32,000 bases of DNA from positions 930,001-962,000 of the forward strand of contig JANQNC010000001.1 in the NCBI GenBank assembly GCA_028279745.1, in the 5' to 3' direction. The notes below the pieces were generated by a model, which saw only the letters and a list, made by a program, of their open reading frames with translations, did not search any database and was not told where the DNA came from. Every line of letters starts with the position of its first letter. Positions within the stretch are counted from its first letter, which is position 1. A program made the translations under genes and the position numbers. This DNA comes from Candidatus Nanoarchaeia archaeon. GTDB taxonomy: Archaea > Nanobdellota > Nanobdellia > Woesearchaeales > JANQNC01. Positions 17,558 to 25,028 of this stretch are shown one piece after another.

Positions 17558-17561
17558 AGAA

Positions 17562-18344
17562 TTATTCTACATTAATCTTAACAGTAACATTATCTTCAGC
17601 GATGTTGTCAAAAATGTCATAGACTCTAGCACTTAGAAGGTAGTTCTTATTAGGATAACTAGAGGCATCAATAGTTGCAGTGTAAGGAGGATCTCTATCT
17701 ACTCCAATGCTTGTATGGTTAAAGAAAAAATTAACTTTCTTTATGTACTCAGATGCATTTATGCTAACTAAAACAGTATCTTCCTCAGTAACTTCTTCGT
17801 TATTAGAAGGATTAAGGATTTTTATAGATAAATAGTGTTCTTTTGCAGTACAAGTACAGTCAGAACTGCAGGTTTCATTAAATGAACAACCTGTTGGAGA
17901 TGCAGAAGGATCACACATCTCACCTTCAGAAATAATTCCATCATCGCAAGTACTTAGACAGACACAATCAACACACATAAAACCTTCATCACACCCATTA
18001 GGATCTGCTAAAGCATCACAAACTTCATTTTCACCTATAATTCTGTCAGGCACACAAACAGTTTCAGTGTTGTTTGTAGATATATTAACAGTTTCAGAAT
18101 TGTTTAATGTTTGGTTAGTGTGTGTAATGTTTATTGTTTCGGTAACGTTAACTGTTTCATTAACAATAACATTTGCTTGGTTGTCATAAGTAATATTTAC
18201 TTCCTCTGTAACATTTAATGTGGTGTTCTTAGGGATACTTTCAGCTTTAGGTGCATCGGCCCAGACATCATCGTCAGAGCTAATAGACTGAGCACAACCT
18301 GTAATAAGGATTGTCAATGCTAAAAGTATGAATAAATATTTCAT
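17562..18344 (-). CDS. Secreted lipoprotein-like surface protein with an N-x-T sequon array and two cysteine-rich repeats
   Basis: Signal peptide with a lipobox-like site (MKYLFILLALTILITGC). Residues 40-95 are dominated by N-x-T/S sequons (NTT, NVT, NIT, NET, NVT, NIT, NQT, NNS, NIS, NNT). Two copies of a GE.CD....P.GC...C..C.C module follow. The C-terminal region is beta-rich. Confidence 0.78.
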   Translation of the reverse strand: MKYLFILLALTILITGCAQSISSDDDVWADAPKAESIPKNTTLNVTEEVNITYDNQANVIVNETVNVTETINITHTNQTLNNSETVNISTNNTETVCVPDRIIGENEVCDALADPNGCDEGFMCVDCVCLSTCDDGIISEGEMCDPSASPTGCSFNETCSSDCTCTAKEHYLSIKILNPSNNEEVTEEDTVLVSINASEYIKKVNFFFNHTSIGVDRDPPYTATIDASSYPNKNYLLSARVYDIFDNIAEDNVTVKINVE

Positions 18345-18422
18345 CTTGTAATAAATTAAGTTTAAGGTTTTTTATATCTTTCTATTACAAATAGTTATAA
18401 ACTAATATAACTTCTTACAAAT

Positions 18423-19145
18423 ATGCAAGAAAGAATACAGAAAATAATGGCAAACAGGGGATACTGTAGTAGAAGAAGAGCTGAAGAGCTAATTGCAGAA
18501 GGAAAAGTAAGAGTTAATGGCAAATTAGTGAAGATAGGGGACTCAGCCGATAAAAACAAGTGCAGGATTACAGTAAAAGGAATTAAGCTGAAGAAGCCTG
18601 TTAGATTGTATTTTGCATTAAACAAACCGAAAGGTGTTGAATGTACATTAAACAGCACTTCTGGGAAAGAGACAGTTGTATCTTTAGTTAAGACTAAAGA
18701 AAGAATCATTCCAGCAGGAAGACTGGATGTTGATAGCAGAGGACTGATATTGTTAACAAACGATGGAGGGTTTGCAAACAGGGTGATGCACCCCAGCTAT
18801 GAACTAGATAAAGTGTATAAGGTCAAGGTAAAAGGAGAGGTCCCAACTGAAAAAATTGAATTAATGAGAAGAGGCATGGACATAGGAAAGGGGGACATAA
18901 CAAGTCCTTGTGAAATAAAACTAATCAAACGAAGCGCAGACACGACTATGTTGACCTTCAAAATACATGAAGGAAAAAATAGGCAAATAAGAAGGATGAT
19001 AGAGAAAATAGGATTTAAAGTCATAGATCTTTTACGAATAAGAGTGGGAAACATTACACTAAGAGGAATAGCTGAAGGAAGATATGTAGAAATAAAGAAA
19101 AAAGATCTAAATAATCTAAAAAGAAAACTGAAACTTATTCAATAA
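18423..19145 (+). CDS. rRNA pseudouridine synthase, RsuA/RluB family (S4 domain plus PseudoU_synth_2)
   Basis: It has an N-terminal S4 motif (RIQKIMANRGYCSRRRAEELIAEGKVRVNG), the catalytic motif GRLDVDSRGLILLTNDG, and a later KNRQIRRM. Confidence 0.9.
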   Translation: MQERIQKIMANRGYCSRRRAEELIAEGKVRVNGKLVKIGDSADKNKCRITVKGIKLKKPVRLYFALNKPKGVECTLNSTSGKETVVSLVKTKERIIPAGRLDVDSRGLILLTNDGGFANRVMHPSYELDKVYKVKVKGEVPTEKIELMRRGMDIGKGDITSPCEIKLIKRSADTTMLTFKIHEGKNRQIRRMIEKIGFKVIDLLRIRVGNITLRGIAEGRYVEIKKKDLNNLKRKLKLIQ

Positions 19146-20904
19146 CTGCTTTAATTCTTCTAACACCGCCAGAAGAAGACTGTTCTTTTTTAATCTTAAA
19201 ATGACCAATCTCAGAAGTGTTATTTACATGAGGTCCACCGCAAAGCTCAGCAGAGAAATCACCGATCATGTACACGCTTACTTTATCTCCATACTTATCT
19301 TGGAATTCAGACTGAGCACCAAGTTTATTAGCTTCCTCTACTGACATCTCTTTTCTCTCAACAGGAAGAGCTTCCATGATCTTTTTATTGACTAAATCTT
19401 CCACTTCCTGCTTTTCTTCATCTGTAAGTTTTCTATCAAAGTTAAAATCAAACCTTAATCTTTCAGGTGTTATGTTGGAACCTCTTTGCTTGATGTCTTT
19501 TGATAACACACGTCTCAATGCTTCTGCTAACAGGTGTGTTGCAGTGTGAAGCTTTTTAGAAATTTCAGAATCATCAGCCAAGCCACCTTTGAATTTCTTC
19601 TCAGCGCCTTTTCTAGACAGTTCTTGATGTTTCTTAAATTCTTCATTAAAACCTTTAACATCAACCTCAATTCCCTTTTCATTTGCTAACTCTTCAGTCA
19701 TTTCGATAGGGAATCCGTATGATTGGAATAATAAGAATGCTTCTTTAGCAGAAATCTTATTGTCAGAACCCATCTTATTGAATTCTTTAAGCCCTGTTTC
19801 AATAGTTCTGCCGAATTTTTCAGATTCTTTACTTAATTCATCAAGAATGAAAGATTTGTTTTTGTTTAACTCCTCGTATTCATCTTTGTACTGTTCTATG
19901 ATCAGTCTAGCAACCTCGTTTGTAAACTTAGCGGGCTCAGGAATACCTAAAGATAAACAGTGTCTAATGCTTCTCCTGATAAATCTTCTAACAATATAAC
20001 CTTGATCAACATTTGAAGGAGAGATCTTTCTTTCATCACCCATGATAAAAACAGCAGATCTCATATGATCTGCAATGATTCTCATAGAAACTGTGTAGTT
20101 TGGATCATCGTAACTTTTGTTTGACAATTCTTCAATCTTTTTTATCGTAGGTTGGAAAAGTTCTGTTTTGTAGTTATCATCCAAACCTTGCAAGATTGCA
20201 GTAACTCTTTCAACACCTAAACCTGTGTCTACGTTTAGTTGTTCTGCAGGTTCGTATCTTCCATCTTTTGTCTTAGTGTACTGCATAAAAACATCATTCC
20301 AGATTTCTACCCAATCTTTATTGTCTGGATCAAAGGTTTCAGGTACGGGGTCTTTTCCAGTCCAGTAAAACATCTCGGTGTCAGGACCACAAGGACCCGT
20401 TTCACCAGCAGGACCCCACCAGTTATCCTTTTTTGGTAAAAAAGTAATTTTGTTTTCAGGAAAGCCCAAGCTTTTCCAAACTTCGTAAGCTTCAGTATCT
20501 TTTTCAGAATCATCGTCACCTTCAAAACAAGTAACTGCTAGTTTCTCGATAGGAAAGTTAAGCTGTTGTGTAAGAAATTCAAAGCTTATCTTTATTGCAT
20601 CTTCCTTGAAGTAATCACCTAAGCTCCAATTGCCAAGCATCTCAAAGAAAGTGTGGTGGACTTTGTCACCAACCTCATCAATATCTCCAGTTCTAACACA
20701 CTTCTGAACATCGCAGAGTCTTTTACCTTGTGAGTGTGGTTCACCTAGTAAGAATGGAACCAAAGGATGCATACCTGCAGTTGTAAATAGAACTGTAGGA
20801 TCGTTTTCAGGAACCAATGAAGATGAAGGTATCCTCTTATGATCCTTACTTTCAAAGAAACTTAAGTACAGTTCCTTTAGTTCTTTAGCTGTTTTAATAG
20901 TCAT
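19135..20904 (-). CDS. alaS: Alanyl-tRNA synthetase, short bacterial-type form (catalytic, tRNA-recognition and editing core; no C-Ala domain)
   Basis: 589 aa. SSSLVPENDPTVLFTTAGM, HHTFFEMLGNWSLGDYF, GPCGPDTEMFY and VDTGLGVERV match bacterial AlaRS class II motifs. The editing-site HTATHLL (HxxxH) and CGGPHV (CxxxH) motifs are present. The protein ends about 25 aa after CxxxH. Confidence 0.92.
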   Translation of the reverse strand: MTIKTAKELKELYLSFFESKDHKRIPSSSLVPENDPTVLFTTAGMHPLVPFLLGEPHSQGKRLCDVQKCVRTGDIDEVGDKVHHTFFEMLGNWSLGDYFKEDAIKISFEFLTQQLNFPIEKLAVTCFEGDDDSEKDTEAYEVWKSLGFPENKITFLPKKDNWWGPAGETGPCGPDTEMFYWTGKDPVPETFDPDNKDWVEIWNDVFMQYTKTKDGRYEPAEQLNVDTGLGVERVTAILQGLDDNYKTELFQPTIKKIEELSNKSYDDPNYTVSMRIIADHMRSAVFIMGDERKISPSNVDQGYIVRRFIRRSIRHCLSLGIPEPAKFTNEVARLIIEQYKDEYEELNKNKSFILDELSKESEKFGRTIETGLKEFNKMGSDNKISAKEAFLLFQSYGFPIEMTEELANEKGIEVDVKGFNEEFKKHQELSRKGAEKKFKGGLADDSEISKKLHTATHLLAEALRRVLSKDIKQRGSNITPERLRFDFNFDRKLTDEEKQEVEDLVNKKIMEALPVERKEMSVEEANKLGAQSEFQDKYGDKVSVYMIGDFSAELCGGPHVNNTSEIGHFKIKKEQSSSGGVRRIKAVIE

Positions 20905-20941
20905 AGCTAAGATTGTTAATTATTGATATTTAAAGGTTTAG

Positions 20942-21361
20942 TTAGAATCTGCCGTTAATTTTCCTGACATAAGCCTCAAACTCTTCCCTGTCAAAATGGT
21001 TCGGGTTAATGTAGACTGCCAGTTGAAGATCATTTTGTTGGATGTGGCTAAAAAGATCGGGTGTGTCAACAAAAGCAAAATAGTTATTGCTATTGCCTCT
21101 ATTTTTTCTACTTTCCATTCCAACCTTGAGAAGAAGATCTCTTATTTTATTACTATAAGTCTTAACTTGACTGAATGAAACTCCAAGAACTCTCTTGTCA
21201 CCTGGGGCAAGAGTAACTTCATTCATCAGAGCTTTTTCAATTAAGCTAATGTCGCACTCGGTCAGGTTTCCATTGACCTCGGCGAGATGATGGGTGTGGG
21301 GGTATAAAGATTCAACTCTTACTTCAACTCCTCTTCCAGTATATTGTTTGATTGCCCCCAT
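20942..21361 (-). CDS. Hypothetical protein (139 aa), no family recognised
   Basis: A clean ORF that fills the gap between alaS and a divergent promoter region. Its composition matches neighbouring genes. The alternative track ORFs here are shorter overlaps. Confidence 0.55.
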   Translation of the reverse strand: MGAIKQYTGRGVEVRVESLYPHTHHLAEVNGNLTECDISLIEKALMNEVTLAPGDKRVLGVSFSQVKTYSNKIRDLLLKVGMESRKNRGNSNNYFAFVDTPDLFSHIQQNDLQLAVYINPNHFDREEFEAYVRKINGRF

Positions 21362-21479
21362 TTTAGGCTATAAATGGATTATTATATATAAACCTTCTGG
21401 GGATAGTTCCTTTAAAGTAGTAACATTTATATAGTAGAAGTTGTTTTTAGCTATTATAAAGCTTAAGGGGGTAATTATA

Positions 21480-21704
21480 ATGGCATTAGGAAAATTATTC
21501 ATAGCATTACTATTGTTGGGAGTTGCATTATCAATAGTATATGTAAACATAGACTCAACTGCAGCAGCAGATGTTGAAGTTGAATCAGAAAACAGTGTTG
21601 AATGCAGACTAAACTGTGACGGTTACTGTTCAATCGACAGAAGATTAAACTGTGGAGGATTCTGTGACCAAGAAAGACAAGAAGTCTGTTCATGGCACGA
21701 GTAA
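21480..21704 (+). CDS. Small secreted or membrane-anchored cysteine-rich peptide (74 aa) with repeated RLNC-G-x-C motif
   Basis: The ATG at 21480 is preceded by AAGGGGGT. The N-terminal hydrophobic segment is LFIALLLLGVALSIVYV. The C-terminal 35 aa contain six Cys arranged as CRLNCDGYC ... RLNCGGFC ... C. Confidence 0.6.
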   Translation: MALGKLFIALLLLGVALSIVYVNIDSTAAADVEVESENSVECRLNCDGYCSIDRRLNCGGFCDQERQEVCSWHE

Positions 21705-21730
21705 TTTTTTTATTTTTTTAGAGAGTAAAA

Positions 21731-22150
21731 ATGGCGTTTGATAATATTAAAACATACATTATTGCTTTGGGAGTATCAATAGGGATCCCTCTTTTGGTTG
21801 CGAGGGGGTGTACTATGCTTTTTAATAATAAACAGATTGTTAACCCTGCCTATAAAACAGTTTCTTATGCAACCGGTTTAAATGGTCATATTGAATATAC
21901 TAGATATTCTGATGGCTCGCAAGATGTTAAATCGTATCCTGGTGTGGGTCATAGAATGTGGGATTCTGAATTACAACAAGACTTAGATGGCGATGGCTTG
22001 ATAGATAGAATACGAAGGAATGGTGCTGAGTGGAAAGCAAACAGTCTTAGAGAGATTTTGGTAAGAACAACAGATTATCAAGCAAACAAGGGACGGTTTG
22101 ATAAAGCAGATAAAAGACTTCAACTCCTTATGGAAAAGTACTCTAATTAA
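21731..22150 (+). CDS. N-terminally membrane-anchored hypothetical protein with a DxDxDG calcium-binding-like loop
   Basis: 139 aa. The TM segment is YIIALGVSIGIPLLVA and the loop is DLDGDGLID. It starts 26 nt after the preceding small ORF. Confidence 0.6.
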   Translation: MAFDNIKTYIIALGVSIGIPLLVARGCTMLFNNKQIVNPAYKTVSYATGLNGHIEYTRYSDGSQDVKSYPGVGHRMWDSELQQDLDGDGLIDRIRRNGAEWKANSLREILVRTTDYQANKGRFDKADKRLQLLMEKYSN

Positions 22151-22204
22151 CTTTGGTGATTATTATTCTAAATCCCAATAATATTTATAAAGAAAGCAAT
22201 AAAA

Positions 22205-22253
22205 GCACAATATGTTGTATTGAAAATAAATCATAACACACAACATATAGAAA
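22205..22253. promoter_or_regulatory. Two candidate NrdR boxes flanking the nrdR TATA box
   Basis: gcaCaAtATgTtGtat (22205-22220) matches 13 of 16 positions of my recollection of the NrdR-box consensus acaCwAtATaTwGtgt. acaCaAcATaTaGaaa (22238-22253) matches 12 of 16. Starts are 33 bp apart. The TATA-like tgaaaataaatc (22221-22232) lies between them. Confidence 0.35.
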
Positions 22254-22724
22254 ATGCGATGTCCATACTGCTCAAAAACTGATACTAAAGTAGTAGACAA
22301 AAGAGATTCTGAAGAAGAGCCAGTAATTAGACGAAGGAGGGAATGCCTTAAATGTGGTAAAAGATTTACAACATATGAAAGAGTAGATATGGTAGATCTA
22401 ACAGTGATAAAGAAAGACGGAAAGAAAGAACAGTTTGACAGAGAAAAGTTGAAAAGAGGGATGTTAAGAGCAGCAGAAAAAAGGATAAGCATGGAGCAGA
22501 TAGACAAAGCGATAGATGAGATCGAATCAACATTAAGAAAAAAGAATACAACAGAAATCAAAGGGCCGCAGATAGGAGATCTAGTTATGAAAAAGTTAAA
22601 GAAACTAGACAATATAGCTTACATAAGATTTGCGTCAGTCTACAGAGAGTTTGAAGACTTGACAGACTTACAAGGCGAGATAAGAGAAATTATCAAGAAA
22701 GAAAAGAGTAAGAATTCTAAATAG
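22254..22724 (+). CDS. nrdR: NrdR transcriptional repressor (zinc ribbon plus ATP-cone)
   Basis: MRCPYCS...CLKCGKRFTTYERV is the canonical NrdR zinc ribbon. It is followed by an ATP-cone (VIKKDGKKEQFDREKL...AYIRFASVYREF). 156 aa. Confidence 0.93.
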   Translation: MRCPYCSKTDTKVVDKRDSEEEPVIRRRRECLKCGKRFTTYERVDMVDLTVIKKDGKKEQFDREKLKRGMLRAAEKRISMEQIDKAIDEIESTLRKKNTTEIKGPQIGDLVMKKLKKLDNIAYIRFASVYREFEDLTDLQGEIREIIKKEKSKNSK

Positions 22725-23070
22725 TCATTGCAGCGCCAAAAGCAAATTGTATTGCAAGAATAACAAAAATCAATATAGCTGCAATAATAAATTGCAAGAA
22801 CCAACTAAGGATAGCTTTCCACCAGGTAAGATCAAAAACACCTTTGTACAAGAATATAACAAAAACAAATGAGATCAGTCCACCCCAAACAAAAAATATT
22901 TGGTTAACTATTGAAATAAAAACTGCAGATAAAATATTAACAACAATAACTTCTTTGAACTCAGTCTTACCTTTCAAAGCTTTAACTGCTAAAAAAAGTG
23001 GAATGCTAGAGATAGCAAAAACTATCACCAATAACAATATTTTGATCAATGCACTTACTATCCAAACCAT
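22717..23070 (-). CDS. Small integral membrane protein (about 4 TM), hypothetical
   Basis: 117 aa, almost entirely hydrophobic helices. TATA-like TTTATATATAG on the minus strand (plus 23091-23101) lies about 25 nt upstream of the ATG. The 3' end overlaps nrdR by 8 nt. Confidence 0.65.
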   Translation of the reverse strand: MVWIVSALIKILLLVIVFAISSIPLFLAVKALKGKTEFKEVIVVNILSAVFISIVNQIFFVWGGLISFVFVIFLYKGVFDLTWWKAILSWFLQFIIAAILIFVILAIQFAFGAAMTI

Positions 23071-23168
23071 AACCCTCTATTATACTAATCTATATATAAA
23101 ATTAACCCCCTAAACCAGCAACCTTTAAAAATGCTTGAACAGAATATACTATATAAAAGAGGTGGGAC

Positions 23169-23573
23169 ATGAGAAAAGGCCAAGTTGCCATGGAATACGT
23201 GATGATAGTTGGGTTTGCAACCCTGATAGCAATACCATTATTCCTAATATTCAACTTTTATACATTAGAAACAAGAGACGAAGTTATATTGAGCCAAGCA
23301 GACAGCATAGCAACAAAAATAGTTGACTCTGCCGAATCAGTTTATTACATTGGAGAACCATCCAAAATAACTCTTAAGATCTATATGCCAGTGGGTGTAG
23401 AAAATATTACAATACAAGATGGATATGTTGTTTTAAGAGCAAGCACGAAAGGATTATCGACAGACATAGTAAAATCATCTGACGTAAATATCACAGGAAC
23501 GTTAAACATAGTGCCTGGAATGAAGAACATAAACATAGAAGCGAGAGGTGACTATGTTTGGGTAGAAGGTTAA
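23169..23573 (+). CDS. Archaeal type IV prepilin-like protein (class III signal peptide)
   Basis: The N-terminus MRKG|QVAMEYVMIVGFATLIAIPLFL has a [KR]G cleavage motif followed by a QxxxEY-type hydrophobic helix. This resembles the archaeal class III signal peptide family and is Flp-like. A GAGGTGG Shine-Dalgarno motif lies upstream. Confidence 0.8.
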   Translation: MRKGQVAMEYVMIVGFATLIAIPLFLIFNFYTLETRDEVILSQADSIATKIVDSAESVYYIGEPSKITLKIYMPVGVENITIQDGYVVLRASTKGLSTDIVKSSDVNITGTLNIVPGMKNINIEARGDYVWVEG

Positions 23574-23950
23574 AAGCACAGACATCAACAGAGTTTGTTC
23601 TGTTCATAAGCGTAGTATTCTTAGTGACTTTGATAGTATTATCATCTATTCTATATTACTTAAGAGAGTACACTTCAGAAAAAGAGTATAACGTACTAAA
23701 AAAACAGGCAGAAGTAATAAAAAACGAATTATACCTTGCATCAACAGTAGAAAATGGGTATTTGAGAATGTTCCAGATAAAATCTCCACAAGACGACATA
23801 GTCTTTAACTTTACACAAGAAAACAATTCATTAATACTGACTTCAAGACGTCAGCAATTCATAGCAGATCTGGGCGTTAAGATAAACGGAACATTAGTGA
23901 TGGGAAATAACACAATAAGAAACATAGAAGGTGCAGTCCATGTCAACTAA
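23558..23950 (+). CDS. Prepilin-like protein 2 (class III signal peptide)
   Basis: The N-terminus is ..RRLKA|QTSTEFVLFISVVFLVTLIVL. TTG at 23558 is the only possible in-frame start, with GAGGTG 8 nt upstream. It overlaps the previous gene by 16 nt. Confidence 0.7.
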   Translation: MGRRLKAQTSTEFVLFISVVFLVTLIVLSSILYYLREYTSEKEYNVLKKQAEVIKNELYLASTVENGYLRMFQIKSPQDDIVFNFTQENNSLILTSRRQQFIADLGVKINGTLVMGNNTIRNIEGAVHVN

Positions 23951-25028
23951 AAACAAGAAAGCACAAGTATGGACAACAGACTTTTCACTTAGCCTTTTGG
24001 TGTTTGTGATAGCAATAGTACTTTTCGGCAGAGCAATAACAAATCTTTCATCGTCAACAGGAGAAAACATAGACGACTTAGTGAGTGAAGGAAGATTAGT
24101 GACAGATTCTTTAACATCGGAAGGGTACCCTTCAAACTGGACCGTTGCAAACGTAAAACGAGTTGGGTTGATGGGGCAAGGCAAATTGTTGGAGAATGAC
24201 AAATTACAGAACATGCTCAATATGACTTACCAAGATGCGCGAGAGATATTAGGGACAAAGTATGATTATTTCTTATTCTTCATAGACGAAAAAGGAGAAC
24301 TAGTAAACGTATCAGAAAACTTGGGTGTGGGACATCCTAATGTGTACGCGATAGGATCAAGAAAAGACACAAATACCATAGCATACTACCAAAAAGAAAA
24401 CTTGCTTCTAGATGAGATGCAAGAGCTTAATGCAACAGTATTTACAGGAGGATCAAAATCACAGTTCATAGGCAACATAACAAACTATGAGGTTCTAGTG
24501 ATGGAAGATCCACACTTTTCAGACATAGAGATAGACGTGGTTGAAGAGTATGTTTTAGAGGGGGGCAAACTAATAATCACAGAACACATAACAGACACAA
24601 GCGGAACATACTTTGGAGTGAATTTTGTACATAGGAGCATGAACGCAGGAAACGAGCTGGCAACAGTGATAAGCGCAGATTCAAATATGCCTTTCTCAAT
24701 AGGTGAAACATACACGCCAAGAGAGTATCCTTATATAGATGCTGCACATATAGACAAGATAGCAACATACCCTGATGGAAAAGTGGCGATGGCAACCTTC
24801 GGATATGGAAGCGGGAAAGTTTATTATCTAAGCGATTCAGATAATCCAGACTATTTAGGAGATTTTGAAGAAGAGATAAAAACAGCAACAACAAATTTTT
24901 TACTTGAAGAAAGACCAGAAAATTATGTAGAATTAAACCAGATACAATATAACAAACTAGTCACGATAACAAGACTTATAGTCATGAATGGAAAAGTAAC
25001 AAGGATGGTGCTATACATATGGGACTAA
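23940..25028 (+). CDS. Prepilin-like protein 3 (362 aa)
   Basis: The N-terminus is MSTKNKKA|QVWTTDFSLSLLVFVIAIVLFG. The ATG at 23940 has GAAGGTG 7 nt upstream. The track start is a GTG at 23931. Confidence 0.7.
   Translation: MSTKNKKAQVWTTDFSLSLLVFVIAIVLFGRAITNLSSSTGENIDDLVSEGRLVTDSLTSEGYPSNWTVANVKRVGLMGQGKLLENDKLQNMLNMTYQDAREILGTKYDYFLFFIDEKGELVNVSENLGVGHPNVYAIGSRKDTNTIAYYQKENLLLDEMQELNATVFTGGSKSQFIGNITNYEVLVMEDPHFSDIEIDVVEEYVLEGGKLIITEHITDTSGTYFGVNFVHRSMNAGNELATVISADSNMPFSIGETYTPREYPYIDAAHIDKIATYPDGKVAMATFGYGSGKVYYLSDSDNPDYLGDFEEEIKTATTNFLLEERPENYVELNQIQYNKLVTITRLIVMNGKVTRMVLYIWD

Noticed and set aside
22163-22612. 149-aa minus-strand ORF overlapping nrdR
   Set aside because: It is antisense to the canonical NrdR zinc-ribbon/ATP-cone ORF and has no independent signals.
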